From assembly GCA_020199775.1 (NCBI GenBank), contig JAIVJZ010000046.1:9011-73010 (forward strand): DNA of 64,000 nt, written 5' to 3'. Source of the DNA: Acidobacteriota bacterium. GTDB taxonomy: Bacteria > Acidobacteriota > Blastocatellia > Pyrinomonadales > Pyrinomonadaceae. Below, piece after piece: positions 55,138-64,000 of this stretch. The position numbers and the translations under genes were made by a program. The notes beneath the pieces were generated by a model that searched no databases, had not been told where the DNA came from, and worked only from the letters and a program-made list of their open reading frames with translations. Within the stretch, counting starts at the first letter, position 1; the number at the start of each line of letters is the position of its first letter.

Positions 55138-56546
55138 TTGCCGTCGCCCGCGCCGTTGCCGTTCTTGTTGAGCAGTTCGATCAACTCTTCGCCCGCGCGA
55201 TAGACGTTGCCCGCGCCGAGCGTGATCACCATGTCGCCGTTGTGCGCCTCGCTGAGTAAGGCCTTGACGGCCGTGTCGAGCGAGCCGACGTAGAAAGTGT
55301 TCTTGTGGCCGTAGCGTTTCACCGCCTCGACCAGAGCCTCCGCCGTGACGCCCGGAATCGGGTCTTCGCTCGCCGCATAGATGTCCGATACGAGGAGCAC
55401 GTCGGCGTTATTGAACGAGCGCGCAAACTCGTCCATCTGATCCTGCGTCCGCGTGTAGCGGTGCGGCTGAAAGAGCACGACCATGCGGCGACCCGAAGAG
55501 CCGATCTTGGCGGCGGCGAGCGTCGCGCGAATCTCCGTCGGGTGATGCCCGTAGTCGTCCACGACGAGCACGCCGCGCGCCTCGCCCTTGAATTGAAAGC
55601 GGCGGTTGACGCCCGTGTACGCGCCCAAGCCCTCGACGGTCTTTTCAAACGGCGCGTCCAACTCGAAGCTGATCGCGATGGCCGCCAGCGCGTTGTAGAC
55701 GTTGTGCAAACCCGGCACGCGCAGCGTCGCCTCGCCCATCACCTCGTGTCCCCGCCAGACCGTGAAGCGCGAGCCGAACGGGATGTCGAAGCGGATGCCG
55801 TGCGCCGAAACGTCGGCCTGCGCGCTCAAGCCGTAAGTGATGCGCCGCCGCTTGACGTGCGGGATCACCGCCTGCACGTAAGGGTCGTCGAGACACAGCA
55901 CCGACGCGCCGTAGAACGGCACTTTGTTGACGAACCGGATGAAGCAGTCCTGCATGTCTTCCATGTCGCGGTAGTAGTCCATGTGCTCGCGGTCGATGTT
56001 CGTGACGACCGTGAAGGTCGGCGCGAGCATAAGAAACGACCTGTCGCTTTCGTCCGCTTCGACCACCATCAAATCGCTCTTGCCCAGACGCGCGTTCGAC
56101 CCGAAGGCCCCCACCACGCCGCCGACGACGACCGTCGGGTCGAGTCCGGCCGCGCCGAGGATCATCCCGATCATCGAAGTGGTCGTCGTCTTCCCGTGCG
56201 AGCCTGCGACGGCGACCGTGTCCCGCTTGAGTCGCATCAACTCGGCCAGCATCTCCGCCCGCGCGATGACCGGAATGGAACGCTCGCGCGCGTCCATCAA
56301 CTCCGTGTTGTCGTCGCGCACGGCGGTCGAACGAACCACCACCTGCGCGTCGCCCACGTTCTCCGCGCGGTGTCCCTCTTTGAACTCCACGCCCAGTCCT
56401 TCCAAACGCTCCGTCACCGCCGAACGCTTCATGTCCGAACCCGACACGCGGAACCCGAGGTTGCACAACACCTCCGCGATGCCGGACATGCCGATCCCGC
56501 CGATCCCCACCAGATGAACGTGTCGGATGCGATGAAACATCATCAA
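55134..56546 (-). CDS. murC: UDP-N-acetylmuramate--L-alanine ligase
   Basis: [40 protein letters not shown]. Start is TTG 56546 or ATG 56543/56540. Confidence 0.93.
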   Translation of the reverse strand: MMMFHRIRHVHLVGIGGIGMSGIAEVLCNLGFRVSGSDMKRSAVTERLEGLGVEFKEGHRAENVGDAQVVVRSTAVRDDNTELMDARERSIPVIARAEMLAELMRLKRDTVAVAGSHGKTTTTSMIGMILGAAGLDPTVVVGGVVGAFGSNARLGKSDLMVVEADESDRSFLMLAPTFTVVTNIDREHMDYYRDMEDMQDCFIRFVNKVPFYGASVLCLDDPYVQAVIPHVKRRRITYGLSAQADVSAHGIRFDIPFGSRFTVWRGHEVMGEATLRVPGLHNVYNALAAIAISFELDAPFEKTVEGLGAYTGVNRRFQFKGEARGVLVVDDYGHHPTEIRATLAAAKIGSSGRRMVVLFQPHRYTRTQDQMDEFARSFNNADVLLVSDIYAASEDPIPGVTAEALVEAVKRYGHKNTFYVGSLDTAVKALLSEAHNGDMVITLGAGNVYRAGEELIELLNKNGNGAGDGK

Positions 56547-56552
56547 TCCGTA

Positions 56553-56581
56553 GTGAGCAGTGAGCAGTAAGCAGTAAGCAG
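56553..56581. repeat. Left arm of a heptamer hairpin (word GTGAGCA/GTAAGCA) that encloses a gene
   Basis: gtgagca gtgagca gtaagca gtaagca g. Starts 7 nt upstream of the murC start region. Pairs 27/29 with 56985-57013. Confidence 0.88.
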
Positions 56582-56598
56582 TTTTAAATTCAAGAGCT

Positions 56599-56964
56599 TC
56601 ATTGATTACTACCTATCGACTTCTTAAGCCCGTAAGTTAAAGCCAAACACTCATCTAATAAACGTTGTGCTTCAAGTGAAGCGTTCTCGCAGAGATGCCC
56701 GACGCGATATGCGATCTCAAGTTGCGTGCTCACCTCATTGAGTGAACCGACGGCAATCCCCAAGAAATTCTTGAACTGATCGTTCGACCGACCCCCTGCC
56801 CCTTCACTAATATTTGACGGCACGGAAACCGCTGCTCGTCGAAGTTGCGAAGTCAATCCATAGATTTCCTCTTTGGGGAATCTTTTAGTGAGATCGTAAA
56901 TCAACACAACTAGCTCCATGCTCTTCTGCCACGCAACAAGCCTTTTGTGTGGTTTCTCCATCAT
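56599..56964 (-). CDS. Four-helix-bundle protein, 23S rRNA intervening-sequence protein family (PF05635/TIGR02436-like; Avd-like fold)
   Basis: [89 protein letters not shown] is the family pattern (FP..E.y.L..Q.rRAa.Si..NIaEG..r.s..ef..fl.iA.GS..E). Visibly lower GC than its neighbours. Confidence 0.88.
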   Translation of the reverse strand: MMEKPHKRLVAWQKSMELVVLIYDLTKRFPKEEIYGLTSQLRRAAVSVPSNISEGAGGRSNDQFKNFLGIAVGSLNEVSTQLEIAYRVGHLCENASLEAQRLLDECLALTYGLKKSIGSNQ

Positions 56965-56984
56965 AACCTCAGCTCCGGCTTTGA

Positions 56985-57013
56985 CTGCTTACTGCTCACT
57001 GCTTACTGCTCAC
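56985..57013. repeat. Right arm of the gene-enclosing heptamer hairpin
   Basis: ctgctta ctgctca ctgctta ctgctca c. Contains the murG stop (56996-56998). Confidence 0.88.
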
Positions 57014-58075
57014 CAATCGTTCAATCAAATCAACCGTCAGCCCGGCGGCGTTCGGGCGTGCCATCCGGCGGCTCGCCTGTTCGCGGCGCGTGATTTCATC
57101 CGGGTCGTCTACAAGCGCGGCGATCTCGCGCGCCAACGCTTCGCCCGTCAGGTTCTCTTGCAGGATCATGCGGGCGGCGTTCGCCTCCTGCAACACTTCG
57201 GCGTTGCGTTGTTGTTCGAGTTGGCCGGGGAGCGGGATCATGATCGCCGTCTTGCCCGCCGCCATCAACTCGGCGGCCGTCGTCGCCCCGGCGCGCGAGA
57301 CGATCAGGTCGGCGGCGGCAAAGGCCGCAACCATGTCGTCTATGTACTCGCGCACTTCGCTGCTTCCCGCCCAGCCCGCCTCGCCGTAACCCTTCCGCAC
57401 CGTCTCGAAATCGAGTTTGCCCGTCTGGTGCGTGATGTGCAGCACGTCGCGGTGCGCGGCGAGATGCGGCAAGGCCGCGACCATCGCGTTGCTCACCGCC
57501 CGCGCGCCCTGCGACCCGCCGAAGAGCAGCAAAGAAAAACGCGAAGGGTCGCGCATTTTTGCCGGAATGTCAAAGAACTCGCGCCGCACGGGATTTCCGG
57601 TCACAATCGCCTTGCCGCGAAAATATGGCAACGTCGCTTCAAACGAGACGGTCGCCGCATCGACGAACCGTGCGAGCCTGCGGTTGGTAAAACCGGGCAC
57701 GGCGTTCGACTCCATGACGAGTGTCGGGATGCGCATCAGCGCGGCCGTCAACAACACCGAACCCGTCACGTAACCGCCCGCGCCGACCACCACGTCCGGG
57801 CGAAACTCGCGGACAAGCGCGCGCGCCGCCGCGAAACTCTTCGGCAGCAGCCACAAGCCCCTGAGTCGCGCGCCGAGCGACATGTTCGTCAGCCCCGCGC
57901 TTTCAATGAGCGACAACTCGAACCCCGCCTGCGGCACGAGCCGCGTCTCCAACCCGCGCGCCGTGCCCACGAACCGCACCGCCGTTTGCGTGTGACGACT
58001 CGTCAACTCTTTCGCCACGGCGAGCGCGGGGTAGATGTGCCCGCCCGTCCCGCCGGCGGCGAAGAGAGCGCGCAT
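56996..58075 (-). CDS. murG: Undecaprenyldiphospho-muramoylpentapeptide beta-N-acetylglucosaminyltransferase
   Basis: ATG 58075 gives MRALFAAGGTGGHIYPALAVAKEL. Also GGSQGA and SRAGATTAAELMAAGK. The upstream 120 codons of the ORF overlap ftsW and were discarded. Confidence 0.92.
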   Translation of the reverse strand: MRALFAAGGTGGHIYPALAVAKELTSRHTQTAVRFVGTARGLETRLVPQAGFELSLIESAGLTNMSLGARLRGLWLLPKSFAAARALVREFRPDVVVGAGGYVTGSVLLTAALMRIPTLVMESNAVPGFTNRRLARFVDAATVSFEATLPYFRGKAIVTGNPVRREFFDIPAKMRDPSRFSLLLFGGSQGARAVSNAMVAALPHLAAHRDVLHITHQTGKLDFETVRKGYGEAGWAGSSEVREYIDDMVAAFAAADLIVSRAGATTAAELMAAGKTAIMIPLPGQLEQQRNAEVLQEANAARMILQENLTGEALAREIAALVDDPDEITRREQASRRMARPNAAGLTVDLIERLVSSKQ

Positions 58076-58083
58076 GGTCAAAC

Positions 58084-59298
58084 TCAACTCCGGCCTTCCG
58101 GCCGCCACGTCTGCGTGACGGGCGCACGCCCGCGTCGCTGTGGCGGCGCGGCGGGCAGACTCTTCGCCGCAAACTCTCTGTGCGTCGTCGCGGCGTCGCC
58201 CTGCGCCGTCCCCTGCTGCGAGATGTTCAAGAGCACGCCGACGCTCACGAGCGTCAACATCATCGAGGAGCCGCCGTAGGAGATGAACGGCAGCGGGATG
58301 CCCTTCGTCGGCACGAGCGACAGGACGACGCTGATGTTGAACAGAGCCTGCGCCACGATGCCGACCACGATCCCTAGGCCGAGCAGCATCCCGAAGCGAT
58401 CCGGCGCGCGCCGCGCCGCGCGCACCCCGCGCCACAAAAACAGACCGAAGACCGCGACCAGCGTCAACGCGCCCAAGAGCCCCAACTCCTCGCCCACCAC
58501 CGCGAAGATGAAGTCCGAATGAGCGAACGGCAAAAACAGCATCTTCTGTCGCCCCTGCGCGAAACCGAGGCCCTCCGTCCCGCCCGACCCGACCGCGATC
58601 AGAGATTGCACGACCTGAAAACCCGTCCCCTGCGCGTCAGCCCACGGATCGAGGAACGCCGTCACGCGCCCCAGACGCCACGGGAACAACACGATCATAA
58701 ACACGATGCCGACCAGCCCCACCCCGCCGAGCACGCCCAGATACAACAGACGCGCCCCCGCCGCGAACAACAACACGACGCTCGTCACGCCGAGCATCAT
58801 CGCCGTCCCCAAATCCGGCTCCGCCGCGACCAGCATCACGAACAACCCGGTCACGAGCACGCACGGCGCGAAAGTCTTCCAGAGCGCGTGTTCCTCGCCC
58901 GCGCGGCGTTCGAGAAAGCGCGCGAGAAAGATCGCCAGCGCGAGTTTCGACAACTCCGACGGTTGCAGCCTGAAGCCGCCCGGCAGCCTGATCCAGCGAT
59001 GCGCGCCGTTGATGCGCGGGAACAGGAACACCGCCAGCAGCAGCACGACCGTCCCGGCGACGAGTCCCGCCACGACGCGCCGATCACGCAGCCGCCCGTA
59101 ATCGAACTGCATCACGCACATCATCGCCAGCAAGCCCGCCACCGTCCAGATCGCCTGCCGCCCGACGTAGTGATACTGCGTGCCGTTTTCGGCGTACGCC
59201 AGATCGGCCGACGCGCTGTAGACCATCACGACGCCGAACAACGCCAGCCCCACCGTCGCCGCAAACAACCACTCGTCAGCTTGTAGCTTTCTTGCCAT
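58084..59298 (-). CDS. ftsW: FtsW/RodA/SpoVE family peptidoglycan polymerase (FtsW by position)
   Basis: 10-TM SEDS protein with RLQPSELSKLA, LPFAHSDFIFAVVGEELG and PLPFISYGGSS motifs. Lies between murD and murG. Confidence 0.9.
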   Translation of the reverse strand: MARKLQADEWLFAATVGLALFGVVMVYSASADLAYAENGTQYHYVGRQAIWTVAGLLAMMCVMQFDYGRLRDRRVVAGLVAGTVVLLLAVFLFPRINGAHRWIRLPGGFRLQPSELSKLALAIFLARFLERRAGEEHALWKTFAPCVLVTGLFVMLVAAEPDLGTAMMLGVTSVVLLFAAGARLLYLGVLGGVGLVGIVFMIVLFPWRLGRVTAFLDPWADAQGTGFQVVQSLIAVGSGGTEGLGFAQGRQKMLFLPFAHSDFIFAVVGEELGLLGALTLVAVFGLFLWRGVRAARRAPDRFGMLLGLGIVVGIVAQALFNISVVLSLVPTKGIPLPFISYGGSSMMLTLVSVGVLLNISQQGTAQGDAATTHREFAAKSLPAAPPQRRGRAPVTQTWRPEGRS

Positions 59299-59307
59299 AA
59301 CTCAAAC

Positions 59308-59393
59308 GGGTTTCAAGTTTCAGGTTTCAAGTTTCAAGTCCGAAAGGTCTTCGTTCTTTAACTTGAAACCTGAAACCTGAGACTTGAAACTTC
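59308..59393. repeat. Heptamer-armed hairpin, word GTTTCAA/GTTTCAG (same family as 688-769)
   Basis: Left gg gtttcaa gtttcag gtttcaa gtttcaa gtc (59308-59340). Right taacttgaaacctgaaacctgagacttgaaacttc (59359-59393). The right arm encodes the last 11 codons of murD (...LRFQVSS) plus its stop. Confidence 0.88.
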
Positions 59394-60773
59394 TTCCACC
59401 GCTTCCTTGAAGACTCTGCCCCGGTGCTCGAAACTGTCGAACATGTCCCAACTGGCGCACGCCGGGGCGAGCAGCACCACATCGCCCGCCCGCGCGACCT
59501 CCGCCGCCTGCCGCACGGCCTCCGCCATGTCTCCGACGCGAATGACGCGCGCATGCGCTTTCAACTCGCTCTCGATGCGTTCGGCGTCTTCGCCGAGGAC
59601 GACGAGGGCGCGCGCCTTGCGCTCGATGAGCGGCGCGAGCGGCGCGTAGGGCGCGTTCTTGCCGCGCCCGCCGAGGATCAAGACGATCCGCCCCGCGTGT
59701 GCGGCGAAGGCTTCGAGCGCCTTCAAGGCCGCGTCCACGTTCGTCGCCTTCGAGTCGTTGTAGAACTCGACGCCCGCGACTTCGCCGACGCGTTCCAGCC
59801 GGTGCTCGACGGGTCGGAAGTTCCGCACCGTCTCGCGCATCGAATCGGGCGACGCGCCGCACGCCAGCCCGCACGCGAGCGCGGCCAGCACGTTCTGCAC
59901 GTTGTGCAAACCGCGCAGTTGCATCTCGTCGCGCGTCATCAACACGCGCTCGCCGCCGCCAACACTATCGCGCGTCCGCGAAACCAACTCGCCGCCACTG
60001 CTGCTGCTGCCGCCACGCCGGAGGAACAAGCCCTCTTCCAGTTCGCGCTCGACGCTGAACAGCGTGACGTGCGCGCGCAAACCCGACGCCCACGAGGCGA
60101 CTACTGGATCGCCCGCGTTCAGGACGGCCACGTCCTCCGCCGTCTGGTTGCGGAAGATGCGATGCTTGGCCGCGCCGTAGTCGGTCAGGGTCTCGTAGCG
60201 ATCCATGTGGTCTGGCATCAGATTCAACACGACGGCGACGTTCGGGTGAAAATCAACAATCGTCTCTAGCTGGTAGCTCGAAACTTCGACAACCGTCCAG
60301 CCATCCTCGCGCGACGAGTCCACGAGCGAGACGAGCGGCGTGCCGATGTTGCCGCCGACCTGCGTGGGCAATCCCGCGCCGCGCAACAACTCCGCGACGA
60401 GCGCGGTCGTCGTCGTCTTCCCGTTCGTGCCCGTGATGGCGACGATGCGCCCGCGCAGGTGTCGCGCGGCGAGTTCGACTTCGCCGATCACTTCCGCGCC
60501 CGCGCGCTCCATGTAGCGCACCGGGATATTCTTCGGCGGCACGCCGGGACTCGTGACGACGAGTTCGATCTGATCCATCAACCACATCGGCACGTCGCCC
60601 GCGAGCAGCCCGACGCCTTCCGCCTTCAACGCACGCGCCTCGTCCGTCCACTCCTCGATGGGCTTGCGGTCGTTCAACGCGACGGTCGCCCCGCGCGCCG
60701 CCAAAAATCGCGCCGCCGCGATGCCGCTGCGCGCCGCGCCGATGACCAGAACTTTTTTCCCTTCAAGCCGCAA
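59358..60773 (-). CDS. murD: UDP-N-acetylmuramoylalanine--D-glutamate ligase
   Basis: KVLVIGAARSGIAAARFL, ITGTNGKTTTTAL, NDSKATN. Confidence 0.92.
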   Translation of the reverse strand: MRLEGKKVLVIGAARSGIAAARFLAARGATVALNDRKPIEEWTDEARALKAEGVGLLAGDVPMWLMDQIELVVTSPGVPPKNIPVRYMERAGAEVIGEVELAARHLRGRIVAITGTNGKTTTTALVAELLRGAGLPTQVGGNIGTPLVSLVDSSREDGWTVVEVSSYQLETIVDFHPNVAVVLNLMPDHMDRYETLTDYGAAKHRIFRNQTAEDVAVLNAGDPVVASWASGLRAHVTLFSVERELEEGLFLRRGGSSSSGGELVSRTRDSVGGGERVLMTRDEMQLRGLHNVQNVLAALACGLACGASPDSMRETVRNFRPVEHRLERVGEVAGVEFYNDSKATNVDAALKALEAFAAHAGRIVLILGGRGKNAPYAPLAPLIERKARALVVLGEDAERIESELKAHARVIRVGDMAEAVRQAAEVARAGDVVLLAPACASWDMFDSFEHRGRVFKEAVEEVSSLRFQVSS

Positions 60774-60800
60774 TTTTTTTCAGCTTTCACCCGCCCGTCT

Positions 60801-61946
60801 CTAACGCAGTTTCAAAGTCGAGAGACTCAGGAGCGCGAACAGGATCGCGAGAATCAAAAAGCGGAAGACGACTTTCGACTCCTTCCAGCCCTGCATCTCG
60901 AAGTGGTGGTGCAGCGGCGTCATCTTAAAGAGCCGCCGCCCCGTGCCCGTGTGCCGCTTCGTCATCTTGAAGAAGGAGACTTGCAGCATCACCGAGATCG
61001 CTTCGAGGACGAACACGCCGCCGACGAGGACGAGGATGAACTCCTGCTTCGTCAAAATCCCAATCGTGCCAATCGCGCCGCCGATGGCGAGGCTGCCCAC
61101 GTCGCCCATGAACACGTCCGCGGGCGGCGCGTTGTACCACAGGAAGCCGAGCGACGCGCCCGCCATCGCCCCGCAAAAAACCGTCAGTTCGCCGACCTCG
61201 CGGCGGTGGTCGATAAACAGTTGCCGCGCCCAACGCTCGTCGCCGCTCACATAAGTGAAGGCCGTCAGCGCGACCATCGCGATGAAGGTCACGCTGATGG
61301 CGAGCCCGTCGAGGCCGTCCGTCAGGTTCACCGCGTTCGACGCGCCCGTGAGCACGACGATGATGAAGACCAGATAGAGCCACGGCCCGATGTTCGTGAT
61401 CATCGAGATGTCCGTCTGTTTGAAGAACGGAAAGCTGAGATTCCACGAATAGTCGGGCGAGAAAAAGTAGAGCGTCGCCCACACCCCGGCCGCGATCAAA
61501 AACTGCGCGGCCAGTTTCTGCTTGCCCGTCAACCCCAAGCTCTGCCGCTTCGCCACCTTCGCGTAGTCGTCGAGGAAGCCGACGACGGCGAAGAGCGCGG
61601 TCGAGACCAGAATGATCCAGACGTAGAGGTTGGAGAGCCGCGCCCAGAGGAGCGTGGAGATGAGCACCGAGCCGATGATGAGGACGCCGCCCATCGTCGG
61701 CGTGCCGCGCTTCGCCATGTGCGCCTGCGGCCCCTCTTCCCTGATCTGCTGCCCGACGTTCATCTCGCGCAGCATGCGTATGACGCGGCCGCCGAAGACG
61801 AGCGAGATGAGCAGCGCGGTGACGGTGGCGTAGGCCGTGCGGAACGTGACGTACTGGAAGACGTTGAGCGCCTTGATGAAAACCGACTGCGCGCCCTGCC
61901 CGCCGGAACGCTCGAAAATCAAGTGATAGAAGATGTAATAGATCAT
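60801..61946 (-). CDS. mraY: Phospho-N-acetylmuramoyl-pentapeptide transferase
   Basis: [44 protein letters not shown]. Confidence 0.95.
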   Translation of the reverse strand: MIYYIFYHLIFERSGGQGAQSVFIKALNVFQYVTFRTAYATVTALLISLVFGGRVIRMLREMNVGQQIREEGPQAHMAKRGTPTMGGVLIIGSVLISTLLWARLSNLYVWIILVSTALFAVVGFLDDYAKVAKRQSLGLTGKQKLAAQFLIAAGVWATLYFFSPDYSWNLSFPFFKQTDISMITNIGPWLYLVFIIVVLTGASNAVNLTDGLDGLAISVTFIAMVALTAFTYVSGDERWARQLFIDHRREVGELTVFCGAMAGASLGFLWYNAPPADVFMGDVGSLAIGGAIGTIGILTKQEFILVLVGGVFVLEAISVMLQVSFFKMTKRHTGTGRRLFKMTPLHHHFEMQGWKESKVVFRFLILAILFALLSLSTLKLR

Positions 61947-61955
61947 CCGTTAATT

Positions 61956-62109
61956 AAACGAGGAACGCGGAACGATGAATGATGAAGTGAAAGAGATTGA
62001 TTCATTGATTCATTGATTCAATGAAGAAATTAAAGATTGAATCAATGAGCCGATGAATCAATGAATCAATCTCTCTAGTTCATCGTTCCGCGTTCATCCT
62101 TCATCGTTT
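61956..62109. repeat. Nested double hairpin: outer GATGAAC/GCGGAAC-word arms enclosing an inner TGATTCA-word hairpin
   Basis: Outer arms 61956-61995 and 62071-62109. Inner element 61996-62070 = attgatt cattgat tcattga ttcaatg ... attgaatcaatgagccgatgaatcaatgaatcaat. The outer right arm contains the murF stop (62094-62096). Confidence 0.88.
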
Positions 62110-63584
62110 CCCTCATATCGCCCGCGCAACGTTTCGATGATCCGCTCCGTGTGTACGCCGCGCGACCCCTTCACCAGCAGCAGATCGCCCGCCCGCACCT
62201 CTTCGAGTAACGCGGCGGCGGCTTCGTCCGTCGTCGCAAAAAACCGCGCCGTCTCCATCCCCGCCCCGCGCGCGCCCGCGACGAGTTCCGTCGCCAGCCC
62301 GCGCACGCCCCACAACACGTCGATCCCCATCTGCGCGATCTCGCGCCCCGCCTGCGCGTGCAACTCCGCGCCCGTCTCGCCCAACTCCAGCATCTCGCCC
62401 GCGACGACGAACGTGCGCCCCACCGCGTCGCCTCCCGTCCCTCTTGCCTCCGCCACCGAACGCGCCATGCTCAGGAGCGAGCGCGGGTTCGAGTTGTAAG
62501 AATCGTCGATCACGCTGAACCCGGCGGCGAATTCGATCACCCGGCCTCGCATCTCCGAAGCCGTCGCGGACGAGAGCGCGCGTGCGATCTCTTCCGGCGC
62601 GACGCGGAAACAGGTGGCGACCGCGGCGGCCGCGAGCGCGTTCAAAAGATTGTGGCGACCGGGCAAGCGCAACTTCGCGTCTGCCGCGCCGAGCGGCGTC
62701 CGCAGGCGAAAGCGACTGAGGCCAAAGCGCGCGCTTTCGATCTCCGTCGCTGAAACGTCGGCCGCGTTTTCGATCCCGAAGGTGAGCGTGGGGCCGTCGT
62801 GCTTCGAGCGCATGGCGGCGACGCGCTCGTCGTCGGCGTTGAGAATCGCCGTGCCTCCGGGTTTCAGATTCTCCACGAGTTGCGCCTTGCCCGCCGCGAT
62901 GTGCTCGACGGAATCGAAGAACTCAAGATGCACGGGCGCGACGTTCAACTCGACCGCGATGTCCGGGGGCGCGACCCCGGCGAGCCGCTTGATCTCCCCG
63001 AACATCGACTGCCCCATCTCCAACACGGCCACGTCGAAGTCCACGGGGCGGGCGTCGCCCGTCTCCATCTGCAAGATCGAGAGGGCGAGGCCGAGTTCGT
63101 TGTTGAAGTTCTTCTGCGTCTTCAACACGCGCCGACCCGTAGCGGCCAGAACGTGCGCCGTCAAGTCCTTCGCCGTCGTCTTCCCCGCGCTCCCCGTGAG
63201 CGCGACGACCACGCCGCCCCAGTCGGCGAGCACGCCGTGTGCGACAAGCTGCAACGCCTCGATCACGTCGTCAACTAATAAGAGACGGTCGCCGAAGGCT
63301 TGCAACGACGCGTCGCCCGCGACGCGTTCGCGCCGCGCGACGACGGCCGCCGCGCCGCGCTCGAAGGCCGAGGGGATGAAGCGGTGCGCGTCGTCGAAGG
63401 ATGTGGCGGTGAAGAAATGCCGCCGGTAGTCTTCGGGAGAGAGGGCGAAGAACAGTTGCCCTTCGGCGACGGTGCGCGAGTCTATCGAAAAACCCGTCAA
63501 CTCTTTTTCAAAGAACTCCCGCGTCTCCTCGCCCGCGCCCCGGTCGTCGGCACGCATGTATTGAGACGCCGTACGTATGTTCAC
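62094..63584 (-). CDS. murF: UDP-N-acetylmuramoyl-tripeptide--D-alanyl-D-alanine ligase
   Basis: TGSAGKTTAKDL, NFNNELGLALS, DDSYNSNP. 496 aa. Confidence 0.9.
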   Translation of the reverse strand: MNIRTASQYMRADDRGAGEETREFFEKELTGFSIDSRTVAEGQLFFALSPEDYRRHFFTATSFDDAHRFIPSAFERGAAAVVARRERVAGDASLQAFGDRLLLVDDVIEALQLVAHGVLADWGGVVVALTGSAGKTTAKDLTAHVLAATGRRVLKTQKNFNNELGLALSILQMETGDARPVDFDVAVLEMGQSMFGEIKRLAGVAPPDIAVELNVAPVHLEFFDSVEHIAAGKAQLVENLKPGGTAILNADDERVAAMRSKHDGPTLTFGIENAADVSATEIESARFGLSRFRLRTPLGAADAKLRLPGRHNLLNALAAAAVATCFRVAPEEIARALSSATASEMRGRVIEFAAGFSVIDDSYNSNPRSLLSMARSVAEARGTGGDAVGRTFVVAGEMLELGETGAELHAQAGREIAQMGIDVLWGVRGLATELVAGARGAGMETARFFATTDEAAAALLEEVRAGDLLLVKGSRGVHTERIIETLRGRYEGNDEG

Positions 63585-63847
63585 GCTGCTACTTTTTCCT
63601 TTGCGCTTCTTTTTTCCGCGTCTCCGGTGGCGACGGCGGCGCAGTCGGCGCGGGGCGACGGCTCGAATCTCGCGCGCTCCGCTTGCGCCTCAAACGCTCC
63701 CGGCAATCTACGATTCTACGTCTCAGTTCATATTGTTGACTATCTTGCGGGGGCAGTGTCATCGAGTCGCTCCGTTACCTATTTCCCTGTTGACGCGGGC
63801 GCGTCTGCCGCGCCGCGAGCACGTTCGGCGAACGTAATTTTCCGGCG

Positions 63848-64000
63848 TTAATCGCTCCTTCCGAATTCGACGCTGACGGTCTGACCGGCCTCGACACGCG
63901 CGCCCGCCGCGGGGCTTTGCCCGATGGCGCGGCCGTCGCCGTGGGCTTCGAGTTCGAGTCCGAGTTGGGCGCAGATGCGCGCCGCCTCGCGGACGCTGCG
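63848..64000 (-). CDS. 3' end of a PASTA-domain protein, probably the dcw-cluster penicillin-binding protein (5' part outside the window)
   Basis: My own translation of the minus strand: RSVREAARICAQLGLELEAHGDGRAIGQSPAAGARVEAGQTVSVEFGRSD-stop. G..I.Q.P.aG..v..G..V.v.f is the PASTA C-terminal pattern. Too short to appear in the ORF track. Confidence 0.45.
   Translation of the reverse strand, partial: RSVREAARICAQLGLELEAHGDGRAIGQSPAAGARVEAGQTVSVEFGRSD

Noticed and set aside
56599-56964. Is the Avd-like four-helix-bundle gene part of a diversity-generating retroelement?
   Set aside because: No reverse transcriptase gene and no template/variable repeat pair are present within several kb on either side.
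58076-58435. 120-codon N-terminal extension of murG
   Set aside because: It overlaps the 3' end of ftsW in another frame. The canonical MurG N-terminus (MRALFAAGGTGGHIYPA) begins at ATG 58075.

Overview
GC-rich bacterial chromosomal segment (by eye about two-thirds G+C; gene content and order are compatible with an Acidobacteriota-like organism, but that is only an inference). About 60 protein genes are supportable. From left to right: infB(3' end)-rbfA-DHH phosphoesterase, accD, folC, a NUDIX hydrolase, a CPBP protease, a CrtI-like oxidoreductase, pilT and a GAF-PP2C phosphatase. Next comes a roughly 6 kb mobile-element-like island (13.1-19.4 kb) holding a primase, an ImmA-like peptidase, a Uma2 nuclease, HicAB, an XRE repressor and a SWIM-Rad52 recombinase. 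After it come small accessory genes, an S41 protease, a TonB-like protein, an M16 peptidase pair, DUF885, a VIT-VWA protein, an MFS transporter, XdhC genes, nadC, valS, two response regulators, pdxA and an Hfq-like gene. The right end is a minus-strand division/cell-wall (dcw) cluster: PBP(PASTA end)-murF-mraY-murD-ftsW-murG-[insert]-murC-murB-ftsQ-ftsA-ftsZ. No rRNA, tRNA or CRISPR array was seen. The most unusual signal is non-coding. At least 19 intergenic loci are long hairpins whose two arms are each built from tandem 7-nt units, with eight different 7-nt words sharing one architecture. They nearly always start at or within a few nt of a stop codon. One carries a complete four-helix-bundle (23S rRNA IVS-protein family) gene in its loop, between murC and murG. 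Another is a hairpin nested inside a hairpin. Many long ORFs in the six-frame track are antisense or out-of-frame artefacts of the high GC content and were not called.
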